DNA of 19,774 bases from Okeania sp. (GCF_035285525.1 NZ_JAYKGW010000233.1:1-19774); one strand, 5' to 3'; shown: positions 6,979 through 17,270, counted from the first letter of the stretch. The notes: generated by a model from the letters alone, not told the origin. A program made the numbers and translations.

Positions 6979-9101
6979 CGTGTCTTCCTAGTTTTTTCTG
7001 ATTTTGGGCAACAAAGTCCTTGAATAGCTGTAATTGCTACAGTATTAATAATATCCTCAACTTTACAACCGCGACTCAGATCGTTGACTGGTTTCTTCAA
7101 ACCTTGCAATATGGGTCCGATAGCGATCGCTCCTGTCTCTCTTTGCACTGCCTTGTAAGTATTATTTCCTGTATTCAAATCGGGAAAAACAAATACTGTT
7201 GCTTGTCCAGCAACTTGAGAATCAGGCATTTTCTGAGCTGCTACAGAAGCATCTACTGCTGCATCATATTGGATCGGACCTTCTAATAGTAAGTCTGGTT
7301 GCCGTTGTTTGGCGATCGCTGTTGCTTGACGGACTTTTTCGACTTCTTCTCCTTTTCCGGAAGCACCTGAAGAATAGGATAACAGAGCAACTTTGGGTTC
7401 AATGCCAAACATAGAGGCAGTTTCTGCGGAAGCTAAAGCTATTTCTGCTAATTCTTCGGGGTTGGGATGAGGATTAACTGCACAGTCTCCATAGACTAAA
7501 ACGTGATTTGGCAAACACATAAAAAAGACGGAGGAAACTAGAGAAAAACCTGGTTTAGTTTTAATAATTTGGAGTGCTGGTCTGATAGTATGTTGAGTTG
7601 TATGCACTGCACCGGAAACCATACCGTCAGCATCTCCACATTGAACCATCATTGTACCAAAGTAAGATACATCTCTCATGTAATCTTTAGCTGCATCCAG
7701 GGTTATGCCTTTATGTTTTCTGAGTTCATAGAAAGTTTCGGCATATTCCTGGAATTTCGGATGTTGGTTCGGTTCAATGATTTTGAGAGTGTTAGCATCT
7801 AAGTTAATGCCATTTTTTATGATAGAACTTTCAATGTTTTTGGGATTACCTAAGAGTGTTAAATTAACCATTTCTTGACTGAGAAGAAAGGACGCTGCTT
7901 GCAGAATACGAGGCTCTTCTCCTTCTGGTAAGACAATGTGCTTTTTGATAATTTTTGCTTGTTGATGCAAATTGTAAATAAACATTTTGGGAGTCATACC
8001 ATGATATTTAATTTCACGCAACCTGTTTTCTAATTTGGTGCCATCAACATACTTGCTAAATAATTCTAGACTCAAACTAATTTTTTCCATATCCCCGCCA
8101 ACAATGGAACCTATTACTTCTTTTGCTTGAGTAGCAGTAGTGTAAGTATCGGTTTCTACTGAGAGAATGGGTAGAGAATGAGGTAAACCATCAATTAATT
8201 TCAGAATTGATGGCGCAGGAGAAATACCTCCCGATAGCAAAATTCCTGCTAGAGAGGGATAGTTTTTCGAACGCTCTGCTTGTAACATTGCTAATATTAT
8301 GTCGCCGCGATCGCCAGAAGTAATGATTAATTGATCTTCTTGCAACCAATTTAAGGCATTAGAAACTTCCATTGCTGTTACTAAATAGTCAGACACAAGA
8401 TTATCTAATTTCTCTTTTCCATTTATTAAGGATGCTTTAAGTTGGGTTGCTATTTCCCTAACTCGTGGATTGTTAAGTTTGGAAGTATAAGGAATTACAG
8501 ACACTAAATAGTTGAGTTTTTGATATTTAGATATTAATATTTCTTTAAGTTCATTAACTTGTTCTGAGACAACTTTATTAACAACAATTCCCATTATTGG
8601 AAAATTTTTCTCTTGATAAGCATCTAGGGTAATTTTAATGGTACTGGTTATTTCTTCGATGCTTTTTTGATAACCATTAGTCAAGAGAATAATCGGACAA
8701 CCTAAATTTTTGACAATTTCCCGATTAATATCTAATTCCCAAGCTAAACTTCGACCTAAATAATCAGAACATTCGCAGAGAATAAAATCACAATTTGCTT
8801 CTAATGCTTTGTATTTAGTAATAATTTTCTCTAAAATTTGCTCATGTTGATGCTGATTAATAAGTTTAATTGCTTCGCTTTCTGATAAACCATAAGAGTC
8901 CTCAGAGTTTTGTTGCAAATTAAATTGAGTAATAATTAGGTCAATGTCTTTGTCTTTATTACCTGTTAATGTATCTCTAATCAAAGGTCGAAAAAAACCG
9001 ACTTTAGTTGTTTTTAGTAAAGCTTGTTCTATAATTCCTAATGATAGTAAAGCTTTACCACTGTATGCTTCAAGGGTAGCGATATAGAGAGATATTGTCA
9101 T
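6975..9101 (-). CDS. pta: Phosphate acetyltransferase, long form (N-terminal regulatory/DRTGG-type region plus C-terminal PTA_PTB catalytic domain)
   Basis: 708 aa, the length of E. coli-type Pta. The C-terminal half carries hallmark PTA segments (VYGDCAVNPHPNPEELAEIA, LLSYSSGASGKG, VFVFPDLNTGNNTYKAVQR, GPILQGLKKPVNDLSRG). Confidence 0.93.
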   Translation of the reverse strand: MTISLYIATLEAYSGKALLSLGIIEQALLKTTKVGFFRPLIRDTLTGNKDKDIDLIITQFNLQQNSEDSYGLSESEAIKLINQHQHEQILEKIITKYKALEANCDFILCECSDYLGRSLAWELDINREIVKNLGCPIILLTNGYQKSIEEITSTIKITLDAYQEKNFPIMGIVVNKVVSEQVNELKEILISKYQKLNYLVSVIPYTSKLNNPRVREIATQLKASLINGKEKLDNLVSDYLVTAMEVSNALNWLQEDQLIITSGDRGDIILAMLQAERSKNYPSLAGILLSGGISPAPSILKLIDGLPHSLPILSVETDTYTTATQAKEVIGSIVGGDMEKISLSLELFSKYVDGTKLENRLREIKYHGMTPKMFIYNLHQQAKIIKKHIVLPEGEEPRILQAASFLLSQEMVNLTLLGNPKNIESSIIKNGINLDANTLKIIEPNQHPKFQEYAETFYELRKHKGITLDAAKDYMRDVSYFGTMMVQCGDADGMVSGAVHTTQHTIRPALQIIKTKPGFSLVSSVFFMCLPNHVLVYGDCAVNPHPNPEELAEIALASAETASMFGIEPKVALLSYSSGASGKGEEVEKVRQATAIAKQRQPDLLLEGPIQYDAAVDASVAAQKMPDSQVAGQATVFVFPDLNTGNNTYKAVQRETGAIAIGPILQGLKKPVNDLSRGCKVEDIINTVAITAIQGLCCPKSEKTRKTR

Positions 9102-9120
9102 TTCAGTTATCAGTTAAAGA

Positions 9121-9155
9121 AGGAGTCAGGAGACAGGAGTCAGGAGTCAGAATGA
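9121..9155. repeat. Heptanucleotide tandem repeat (aggagtc/aggagac x4-5). A second block lies at 9215-9242.
   Basis: Direct reading gives aggagtc aggagac aggagtc aggagtc agaatga. The repeat is STRR-like, a class characteristic of heterocystous cyanobacteria. Confidence 0.8.
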
Positions 9156-9767
9156 GGAATAAATAGTCAAGAAAAAGAAATAATTTGAACTTAAAAATTT
9201 CTAAATGAGTAAGAAGGAGTCAGGAGACAGAAGTCAGAATGGGTAAAGAAGGAGTATTGCTATTACTACATTTGTTTTCATTTTAGTTATGAGCTTTTTC
9301 AGTTATAAAAACTGGGTTTGTATTAGATGCTGATGCCTTATTGAAATCTTTCTCGAATCAACCAGGTTTCTTATAGTACAAATTTAGAATCATAGCTTTA
9401 TTTATCAACGTCAATAATGAAAAATATAACAATTCTTAAATAGGTTAGATTGCCAGAAATATGACATGAATAAAATAGGACTGCCATATATCTAATTATC
9501 AGTTATTAATGCCTATTTCCCAATAGTAGCAATATTCTTTTATTTTTAGCAACTACTGTTCATTTATATTGCCATTACTGCATTTTTTTTCTTAGATACA
9601 TTTAATCCTGATATATAATAATCTACCAATAAATTTTGGTTGATAAATTAAAAAGTAAATTTATCAGTTATCAGTACCTTTTATGAATTATTCATTATCA
9701 ATACCTATTTCTAAATAGTATAGCACTAAGATTTTTGAGAGGAACAAAATAGAATTGTTATATCTCT

Positions 9768-9816
9768 AATTATCTATTATCTATTATCTATTATCAATTA
9801 TCCATTATCCATTAAC
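9768..9816. repeat. Heptanucleotide tandem repeat (tattatc-like x7)
   Basis: aattatc tattatc tattatc tattatc aattatc cattatc cattaac. Confidence 0.85.
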
Positions 9817-9913
9817 CTTAATTTTTCTTATTTTTTTTCTCATAAAAATTTCATTTTTGCACCATTCTTTGAGAAAATTGTTATAATAAAAAATTATCAA
9901 AATTTCAACATAA

Positions 9914-9982
9914 CAGGACTTACGCAAAGAAACCCCGTTTCTCATAGAAACCTGGTTTCTAGGTAAACCTGCGTAAGTCCTG
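9914..9982. mobile_element. 69-bp MITE-like element with perfect 13-bp terminal inverted repeats (caggacttacgca / tgcgtaagtcctg) and two internal hairpins
   Basis: Internal agaaaccccgtttct and agaaacctggtttct hairpins. It belongs to the same family as 4555-4654. Confidence 0.65.
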
Positions 9983-10180
9983 AAATAATTTATTTTGATA
10001 AAAAAATAATAATATGTAGAGCCAAAATTTAAGCAAAATTTAACCATCTTTTATAGCAGTTTTATAGTACAAATAAAGTATAGTCACTTGACTAAGATTA
10101 CTGTCTTCAATTCTAGTAATCGTATTTATTATGCTTCCTAGATTGAAAAAGTAGAATTTTCTATAAGGAATCTGAAAACA

Positions 10181-12607
10181 ATGGTCTCAACTCCAGACAG
10201 AACTGCTTCAATAAGTGCCTTTGGTCCAGCGCGTTCAACCATTGAAGGCACACCTCTGAGTCCTGATGAACTCTACAAAATGCAGGCTTTTTGGCGAGCT
10301 TCTTGCTATTTGATGGTAGGGATGATTTACCTAAAAAAGAATCCCCTGCTGCGGGAACCTCTGCAACCAGAACATATTAAGAGTCGAATTCTCGGACATT
10401 GGGGTTCAAGTTCTGGTCAAGCTTTCATCTGGATACATCTCAACCGAATTATTAAAAAGTTTGACCTCAATATGATATATCTCTCTGGTCCTGGACATGG
10501 CGCACCAGGGGTGTTAGCTCCAACTTATTTGGAGGACACTTATTCCGAGGTCTATCCTGACAAGAGTCAAGATGTAGAAGGTCTAGAAAAATTCTTTAAA
10601 CAGTTCTCTTTCCCTGGTGGTATTGGTAGTCACTGTACCCCAGAAACTCCAGGTTCCATCCATGAGGGGGGTGAACTTGGTTATGTACTTTCTCATGCTA
10701 CTGGTACAATTTTAGATAATCCAGATTTAATTTCTGTGCCAGTTGTGGGAGATGGGGAAGCAGAAACCGGGCCTCTGGCAACGTCTTGGCATTCCAATAA
10801 ATTTATCAATCCCATTACAGATGGTGCAATGCTACCAATCCTCCATTTGAATGGGTATAAAATTAACAACCCAACAATTTTATCTAGAATTAACCATGAA
10901 GATTTAAAAAATCTATTTTTGGGTTATGGTTATCAGCCATATTTTGTGGAAGGGTCTGACCCAGACAGTATGCACCAAGCAATGGCTGCCACCTTGGATC
11001 ACTGCGTTCAAGAAATCAAAGGTATTCAAGAGCAAGCACGAAATTCTGGTAACGCAGATTTGCCACGATGGCCGATGATTGTGTTCCGGACTCCTAAAGG
11101 ATGGTCATGTCCTGGAGAAATTGATGGACACAAAATCGAAGGTTTTTGGCGAGCGCACCAAGTACCGATGAAGGATGTGGCAAAAAATCCAGAACATCTC
11201 AAAATGTTGGAAGAGTGGATGCGTAGCTACAAACCAGAGGAACTATTTGATGAAAATGGTAAATTTAAACCAGAATTAAGAGAAATAGCTCCTTATGGTG
11301 CGCGTCGGATGAGTGCGAATCCTCATGCTAATGGTGGTATCCTCTGCAAGGATTTGAATCTGCCTAATTTCCGGGAATATGGTGCAGATGTAGATAAACC
11401 TGGAACTACAGAGGCAGAAAATACTCGTCCGTTGGGTGTGTTTCTCCGGGATGTTATGCGCAATAATATCAACAATTTCCGGGTATTCGGACCTGATGAA
11501 AATACTTCTAATAAACTGGATGCTATTTATGAAGTCAGTAAGAAGACTTGGATGGCAGAGTTTTTACCAGAAGATTTGGATGGTGGAGAACTGGCACGAG
11601 ATGGTCGCGTGATGGAAATGTTGAGCGAACACACTCTGGAAGGTTGGATGGAAGGATATGTGTTGACTGGAAGGCACGTCTTTTTTGCGACTTATGAGGC
11701 GTTTGTTCATGTAATTGACTCCATGGTAGGTCAACACGCGAAGTGGATTGAGAAGTGCAATGAGTTAAGTTGGCGTCAAAAGGTTCCTTCTTTGAATTTA
11801 TTGATTACTTCTACTGTTTGGCGACAAGACCATAATGGGTTTACTCACCAAGACCCTGGTTTCTTAGATGTGATTTCTAATAAGACTCCGGCGGTAACTC
11901 GGATTTATTTACCGCCTGATGTGAACTGTTTGTTATCGGTTGCTGACCACTGTTTGCGGAGTAAGAATTATGTTAATGTGATTGTTTCTGACAAACAGCA
12001 GCATTTGCAGTACATGGATATGGATGCTGCGGTTAAGCATTGTACTAAAGGTCTTGGTATTTGGGATTGGGCAAGTAATGATGATGGAGTAGAACCTGAT
12101 GTGGTATTGGCAACTGCTGGGGATATTCCGACTAAGGAAGCTTTAGCTGCTAATGTGATGTTACGGGAAGCTTTCCCTGACTTGAAGATTCGCTTTATTA
12201 ATGTGGTTGATTTATTTAAGTTACAACCGGATACAGAACATCCTCATGGATTGAGCGATCGCGAGTTTGATAGTTTGTTTACTCTGGATAAACCAATTAT
12301 CTTTAACTTCCACGGTTATCCTTGGTTGATTCACCGCTATACTTACCGTCGCACGAATCACGATAATCTCCATGTCCGGGGTTATAAGGAAAAGGGTAAT
12401 ATTAATACACCTTTGGAATTAGCGATTCGGAACAATATTGACCGCTTTAGTATTGCGATGGATGTGATCGAACGAGTTGATAAGTTAAAAGTTGCAGGCG
12501 CTCACGCGAAAGAACATTTCCGGAATGAGCAAATAGATTGTCAAAATTATGCTTATGAATATGGTGTTGACCGACCTGATATCGATAGTTGGAAATGGCC
12601 TTATTAG
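10181..12607 (+). CDS. xfp: Xylulose-5-phosphate/fructose-6-phosphate phosphoketolase (ThDP-dependent)
   Basis: 808 aa with the canonical phosphoketolase signatures [37 protein letters not shown] and [20 protein letters not shown] lies ~12 nt upstream of the ATG. Confidence 0.95.
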   Translation: MVSTPDRTASISAFGPARSTIEGTPLSPDELYKMQAFWRASCYLMVGMIYLKKNPLLREPLQPEHIKSRILGHWGSSSGQAFIWIHLNRIIKKFDLNMIYLSGPGHGAPGVLAPTYLEDTYSEVYPDKSQDVEGLEKFFKQFSFPGGIGSHCTPETPGSIHEGGELGYVLSHATGTILDNPDLISVPVVGDGEAETGPLATSWHSNKFINPITDGAMLPILHLNGYKINNPTILSRINHEDLKNLFLGYGYQPYFVEGSDPDSMHQAMAATLDHCVQEIKGIQEQARNSGNADLPRWPMIVFRTPKGWSCPGEIDGHKIEGFWRAHQVPMKDVAKNPEHLKMLEEWMRSYKPEELFDENGKFKPELREIAPYGARRMSANPHANGGILCKDLNLPNFREYGADVDKPGTTEAENTRPLGVFLRDVMRNNINNFRVFGPDENTSNKLDAIYEVSKKTWMAEFLPEDLDGGELARDGRVMEMLSEHTLEGWMEGYVLTGRHVFFATYEAFVHVIDSMVGQHAKWIEKCNELSWRQKVPSLNLLITSTVWRQDHNGFTHQDPGFLDVISNKTPAVTRIYLPPDVNCLLSVADHCLRSKNYVNVIVSDKQQHLQYMDMDAAVKHCTKGLGIWDWASNDDGVEPDVVLATAGDIPTKEALAANVMLREAFPDLKIRFINVVDLFKLQPDTEHPHGLSDREFDSLFTLDKPIIFNFHGYPWLIHRYTYRRTNHDNLHVRGYKEKGNINTPLELAIRNNIDRFSIAMDVIERVDKLKVAGAHAKEHFRNEQIDCQNYAYEYGVDRPDIDSWKWPY

Positions 12608-13400
12608 GTGAATTCAAAATTCAAAATTCAAAAGTTAGAATTCATCTAGAATAAGTAAAATTTCAGAACGTAGGGGTTTGGTTTCCAAACCCCCTAGTTC
12701 AATAGATGTAGGTTGGGTTGAGGGACGAAACCCAACAATAATCTTTTTCCCCCACTCCCCTACTCCCCTACTCCCTAATGCACCATTTAAGGTGAAACAA
12801 CCCAGTAGGGTGTGTTAGCGTAGCGTAACGCACCATACAAAATAGCCATCCTCCCAACCCCTTTTCTATCCCCCCCAACCCCCCTTTGAAAGCTATGCTT
12901 TATAAACATCTTTCTTAACATAAAACTTGACAAAAAAGACGAGTTATGGGTAAGTCTCTTAAAGGCTTTTTTGGGAGAAAACTGATTGAAAAATACATTT
13001 TTTTGAGAGCTGTAGGCAAGATTCTTCCTCCCCATCCTCCCCCTCTTCCCCATCCTCCCCACCCTCCCACAAGGGTTTCAGGAGTTATGGGTAAGGGATA
13101 GCTTTGAAAGGGGGGAGTTACGGGGAGAGGTCTTCCCTAGCATAAGTAAAATTTCAGAACGTAGGGGTTTGGTCTCCAAACCCCCTAGAGACCTTACTTT
13201 CAACGTCAACAAATTAGTCAGTCTAGTAGGGTGTGTTAATGAAATGTAACGCATCCTACAAAAGCTATCCTCCCAATCTAGTAGGGGCAAACTGCCGTTT
13301 GCCCCTACTAAGCGATCGGGAATTATGCAAAAGATAAAACTATGCACAATTTCTAAATTTATGTAAATTTTTATAGGATACTTAACAGTTGAGAAAAAAT
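12608..13400. repeat. Patchwork of small dispersed repeats and palindromes with no credible CDS
   Basis: A heptamer aattcaa x3 at 12611-12631. A 47-bp direct repeat ataagtaaaatttcagaacgtaggggtttggt(t/c)tccaaaccccctag at 12651-12697 and 13142-13188. A hairpin gtaggttgggttgagggacgaaacccaac at 12708-12736, with a partial copy at 17004-17026. tagggtgtgtta...gtaacgca units near 12806 and 13227. A 28-bp palindrome gtaggggcaaactgccgtttgcccctac at 13281-13308. C/T-rich low-complexity runs are also present. Confidence 0.8.
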
Positions 13401-13413
13401 AACCTATTTGTAA

Positions 13414-13752
13414 GTACTTACGAAACTCACCGATGAAAACCCGGATGGTAGCGACCAGGGGATGCCCACTTCTCTCCCTACTGTTACCTTTGATGGCGTC
13501 ACTACATTTTCCTCTAACAATGCTACTGATACTAACACAGATAATCCTGCTCCAGACAGCATCGTATCAGGGGATGATCGCGATAACGATGACTTGTTTG
13601 GTAGCAGAATTACTCGTGAGTTTGAACCTGCTCGTTTTGATTTTAATAGTGATGGAGTAGCAGACATTCTCTGGCGTAATGAAAAAACTGGAGACAACCG
13701 GATTTGGTTTATGAATGACAAGGGGTTGGGGGGATATCTTCTGATACAATAA
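13414..13752 (+). pseudogene. Fragment encoding a single FG-GAP/VCBS-type repeat, probably a gene remnant
   Basis: DFNSDGVADILWRNEKTGDNRIWFMN is a textbook FG-GAP/VCBS repeat. The open frame begins right after a TAA at 13411 and terminates ~10 codons after the repeat. Real FG-GAP proteins carry several such repeats. Confidence 0.4.
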
Positions 13753-14044
13753 GTATTTAACCCGATTCTATCTATAATGAATACTATAGATAATTTAATA
13801 TTATAGACTATCTTCCATAAAGATTTGCAGAAAGATCATAAAAAGTAATAATTTTCACCAATGAAAACCCTCTACATTTTATACTAACTTCAAGTTAATA
13901 AAATTCAACTTAATAAATATTTATTAACTAAAAAAATTGAGAAAATTAAATAAAATTCACCCCATAACAAAAGAATCGAATTATAATATAAATAGATCTA
14001 AATCTTAGACCCAAAAAAAGCCCAAATTAGGATCAGGAAAAAAT

Positions 14045-16675
14045 ATGTTAGTAAATAACGAACAACAACTCGAAGAACTAATACAAAGAGTAAAAATAGC
14101 ACAACAAAAATACGCTACTTATACTCAAGAACAAGTAGACTATATCTTCAAAAAAGCGGCCTTAGCAGCTAATGCAGCTAGGATTCCTCTAGCTAAAATG
14201 GCAGCCACAGAAACAGGTATGGGATTAATAGAAGACAAAGTAATTAAAAATCACTTTGCTTCAGAAATTATTTATAACAAATACAAAAACGAAAAAACCT
14301 GTGGAATTATCGAAGAAGACAAATCTTTTGGCTTTCAAAAAATTGCTGAACCTGTAGGAATTTTGGCTGGAATAGTTCCCACAACTAATCCCACCTCCAC
14401 AGCAATTTTTAAATCATTAATTACTCTCAAAACTCGTAACGCTATCATATTTTCTCCTCACCCCAGAGCTAAAAAATGTACTACCGCAGCAGCTAAAGTA
14501 GTTCTGGAAGCAGCAGTTGCAGCAGGAGCGCCAGAAGACATTATTGGTTGGATAGATGAACCAACATTACCTCTATCTCAACAACTGATGCAACACTCAG
14601 AAATTAAATTAATTCTGGCTACCGGTGGACCGGGAATGGTTAAAGCTGCCTATTCTTCTGGTCATCCATCCCTGGGAGTTGGTGCTGGTAATACTCCGGC
14701 TTTGATTGACGAAACCGCTGATATCAAAATGGCAGTTTCTTCAATTATTCTCAGCAAAACCTTTGACAATGGGATGATTTGTGCTAGCGAACAATCAGTC
14801 GTTGTAGTTGATAGTGTTTATGATACAGTCAAACAAGAATTTATTGATCGTGGCGCTCATTTTTTAACACCAGAAGAAAAAGATAAACTGCGGAGCAAAA
14901 TTATTGTCAACGGACGATTGAATGCAGAAGTAGTTGGGCAAACAGTACAAAAAATTGCGGAAATGGCTGGTTTCTCTATCCCAGAAACAACTAGGGTAAT
15001 TATTGGTGAAGTGGAAGATATCAATAAAGAAGAACCTTTTGCTTACGAAAAACTCTCTCCCATTTTAGCAATGTATCATGCAAGTACCTTTGAGGAAGCT
15101 GTAGACAAATCCGAAAGTTTAGTAGAATTTGGTGGACGCGGACATACCGCAGCTCTATATACTTCCCCTGCTAATACAGAGCATATTAAACGATTTGAAG
15201 ATACGGTGGAAACAGCAAGGGTTTTGATTAATACTCCTTCTTCCCAAGGAGCGATCGGCGATATCTATAATTTCCGTCTCGATCCTTCCCTAACTCTTGG
15301 TTGTGGAACTTGGGGTGGTAACTCTGTCAGCGAAAACGTTGAACCTCACCATCTTTTGAATATTAAAACAGTAGCAGAACGTCGGGAAAATATGTTATGG
15401 TTCCGCGTTCCCCCCAAAATTTACTTTAAATATGGAGCGTTACCTGTGGCGATGCGAGAGTTGGCAGGTAAAAAACGGGCGTTCGTTGTCACTGACAAAC
15501 CTATCTATGAACTGGGGATGACTCGTGGTTTAGAAAATGTCTTGGATGAACTTGAAATTAAATATGACATCTTTTATGATGTGGAACCCGATCCTTCTTT
15601 GGATACTGTGAACCGGGGTTTGGATTTGATGCGCAAGTTTAATCCTGATGTGATTATTGCTATCGGTGGAGGTTCGCCGATGGATGCTGCTAAAATTATG
15701 TGGTTAATGTACGAACATCCAGAAATTGAGTTTGAAGGTTTGGCAATGCGGTTTATGGATATCCGCAAACGGGTTTATGAGTTACCAGCTTTGGGTGAGA
15801 AAGCTATTTTGGTAGCAATACCTACGACTTCGGGTACAGGTTCAGAAGTTACGCCTTTTGCGGTGGTTACAGACCGCCAAAATGATATTAAGTATCCTTT
15901 GGCAGATTATGCTTTGACTCCTAGTATGGCAATCGTAGATCCAGAGTTGGTGTTAAATATGCCGAAAGGTTTGACTGCTTTTGGTGGTATAGATGCTTTG
16001 ACTCATGCGGTGGAAGCTTATGTTTCGGTCTTAGCTTCTGAATATACGAACGGTTTGGCGTTGAAAGCTATTGGATTAATTTTTAAATATCTGCCTTCTG
16101 CTTATAACAATGGTGCTAATGATCCTAAAGCACGAGAAAAAATGCACTATGCTGCCACTATTGCCGGGATGGCTTTTGCTAACAGCTTTTTGGGAATTTG
16201 TCATTCTATTGCGCACCAGTTAGGAGCTATTTTTCATGTTCCCCACGGTTTGGCAAATGCGTTGATGATTTCTCATATTATTCGTTACAATGCTACCGAT
16301 GCACCATTCAAACAAGCTACTTTTTCTCAGTATAAATATCCTAATGCTAAATGGCGTTATTCTCAAATTGCTGATTATTTATCATTGGGTGGAGAAACTG
16401 AGGATGAAAAGGTAGATTTATTGATTGCTGCTATTGAAGACTTGAAGAGTCAAGTAGGTATTCCCAAGGGAATCAAGGATGTGGTGTCAGTCAGTGAGGC
16501 CGAATTTTTTGCCAAGTTGGAAGATTTAGCAGATCAAGCTTTTGATGATCAATGTACGGGTTCCAATCCTCGTTATCCTTTGATTAGTGATATTAAGCAG
16601 TTGTTGACTAATGCTTATTATGGTGACTTAACTGGTTCGGAAGTGACAAGTAAGGAGGAAGCAGCAGTAGAATAA
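14045..16675 (+). CDS. adhE: Bifunctional acetaldehyde-CoA dehydrogenase / iron-dependent alcohol dehydrogenase
   Basis: 876 aa. The N-terminal ALDH domain has a catalytic Cys context (FDNGMICASEQSVVV). The C-terminal Fe-ADH domain has GGGSPMDAAK and the metal-binding ICHSIAHQLG...HVPHG. AGGA lies 8 nt upstream of the ATG. Confidence 0.95.
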   Translation: MLVNNEQQLEELIQRVKIAQQKYATYTQEQVDYIFKKAALAANAARIPLAKMAATETGMGLIEDKVIKNHFASEIIYNKYKNEKTCGIIEEDKSFGFQKIAEPVGILAGIVPTTNPTSTAIFKSLITLKTRNAIIFSPHPRAKKCTTAAAKVVLEAAVAAGAPEDIIGWIDEPTLPLSQQLMQHSEIKLILATGGPGMVKAAYSSGHPSLGVGAGNTPALIDETADIKMAVSSIILSKTFDNGMICASEQSVVVVDSVYDTVKQEFIDRGAHFLTPEEKDKLRSKIIVNGRLNAEVVGQTVQKIAEMAGFSIPETTRVIIGEVEDINKEEPFAYEKLSPILAMYHASTFEEAVDKSESLVEFGGRGHTAALYTSPANTEHIKRFEDTVETARVLINTPSSQGAIGDIYNFRLDPSLTLGCGTWGGNSVSENVEPHHLLNIKTVAERRENMLWFRVPPKIYFKYGALPVAMRELAGKKRAFVVTDKPIYELGMTRGLENVLDELEIKYDIFYDVEPDPSLDTVNRGLDLMRKFNPDVIIAIGGGSPMDAAKIMWLMYEHPEIEFEGLAMRFMDIRKRVYELPALGEKAILVAIPTTSGTGSEVTPFAVVTDRQNDIKYPLADYALTPSMAIVDPELVLNMPKGLTAFGGIDALTHAVEAYVSVLASEYTNGLALKAIGLIFKYLPSAYNNGANDPKAREKMHYAATIAGMAFANSFLGICHSIAHQLGAIFHVPHGLANALMISHIIRYNATDAPFKQATFSQYKYPNAKWRYSQIADYLSLGGETEDEKVDLLIAAIEDLKSQVGIPKGIKDVVSVSEAEFFAKLEDLADQAFDDQCTGSNPRYPLISDIKQLLTNAYYGDLTGSEVTSKEEAAVE

Positions 16676-16701
16676 TTAATAATTAGATAAGTTTCATTTG
16701 G

Positions 16702-17000
16702 TAGCACAACTTTCGGTGGTTCTTACAGCAAACGAAGGCTGTGTTACCTGTAGCACAACTTTCGGTGGTTCTTACAGCAAACGAAGGCTGTGTTACCTGT
16801 AGCACAACTTTCGGTGGTTCTTACAGCAAACGAAGGCTGTGTTACCTGTGGTACAAACTTCGGTGGTTCTTACAGCTTTGTTACAGCAAACGAAGGCTGT
16901 GTTACCTGTGGTACAAACTTCGGTGGTTCTTACAGCTTTGTTACAGCAAACGAAGGCTGTGTTACCTGTGGCACAAACTTCGGTGGTTCTTACACCGTAG
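16702..17000. repeat. Spacerless tandem array of hairpin units: 3 x 49 bp, 2 x 60 bp, and one partial unit
   Basis: 49-bp units start at 16702, 16751 and 16800 (tagcacaactttcggtggttcttacagcaaacgaaggctgtgttacctg). 60-bp units start at 16849 and 16909; they are the same unit with tggtacaaac in place of tagcacaact and an 11-bp internal insertion (gctttgttaca). A partial unit runs from 16969. The array starts 27 nt after the adhE stop. Confidence 0.9.
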
Positions 17001-17223
17001 ATTTAGGTTGGGTTGAGGTACGAAACAAGGGCAAAAATCTTTTCTCCTCTTTACCTTGGTCTTTATTTGAGGTTGATGAATAAAGTAGCGATCGCTTGTG
17101 TTCACAAGATTATCAGCTACTAAACAGGGATAATGGATAATTAGACAGATAACAATCCTAGTTTTATTTTTGCTAAAAATAAGCGAGAATTGCTATATTT
17201 TTCATTATTAATTATCAATATTA

Positions 17224-17270
17224 GTAACACAACCTTCGGTGGTTGTTACAGCAAACGAAGGCTCTGTTAC
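17224..17270. repeat. Dispersed copy of the GTAACAC...CTGTTAC double-hairpin element, embedded in ttaattatta-type AT tracts
   Basis: gtaacacaaccttcggtggttgttacagcaaacgaaggctctgttac. Confidence 0.85.

Noticed and set aside
9805-10047. 80-aa ORF on the - strand in the pta/xfp intergenic region
   Set aside because: It spans the 69-bp MITE and AT-rich repeat DNA, and its Phe/Tyr/Ile/Lys/Asn-rich composition is what AT-rich non-coding sequence produces.
12787-13347. ORFs 12787-13062 and 13078-13347 (-), 91 and 89 aa
   Set aside because: They lie within the patchwork of small repeats and C/T low-complexity DNA. The peptides are low-complexity (MGRMGKRGRMGRK...).
13404-13749. ORFs 13404-13721 (-), 13433-13660 (+) and 13567-13749 (-)
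   Set aside because: These are alternative-frame or antisense shadows of the frame that carries the recognisable FG-GAP repeat.
13850-13900. NtcA-like site (GTA-N8-CAC, gtaataattttcac) upstream of adhE, and a GTA-N8-GTA motif near 10068
   Set aside because: Neither matches the GTA-N8-TAC consensus, and such near-matches are expected by chance in AT-rich DNA.
16702-17000. Possible CRISPR array
   Set aside because: The units are directly contiguous with no unique spacers, the unit length changes from 49 to 60 bp, and no cas genes are present in the window.
16741-17083. ORFs of 91 and 97 aa with internally repeated peptides (e.g. ANEGCVTCGTNFGGSYSFVT x3). At first glance these resemble a multi-core RiPP or cyanobactin-type precursor.
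   Set aside because: The repetition is simply the translation of the 49/60-bp hairpin tandem array. Two overlapping frames are both open. The same nucleotide element occurs as solo non-coding copies elsewhere (6448-6537, 17224-17270, 17319-17365). No maturation enzymes are nearby.
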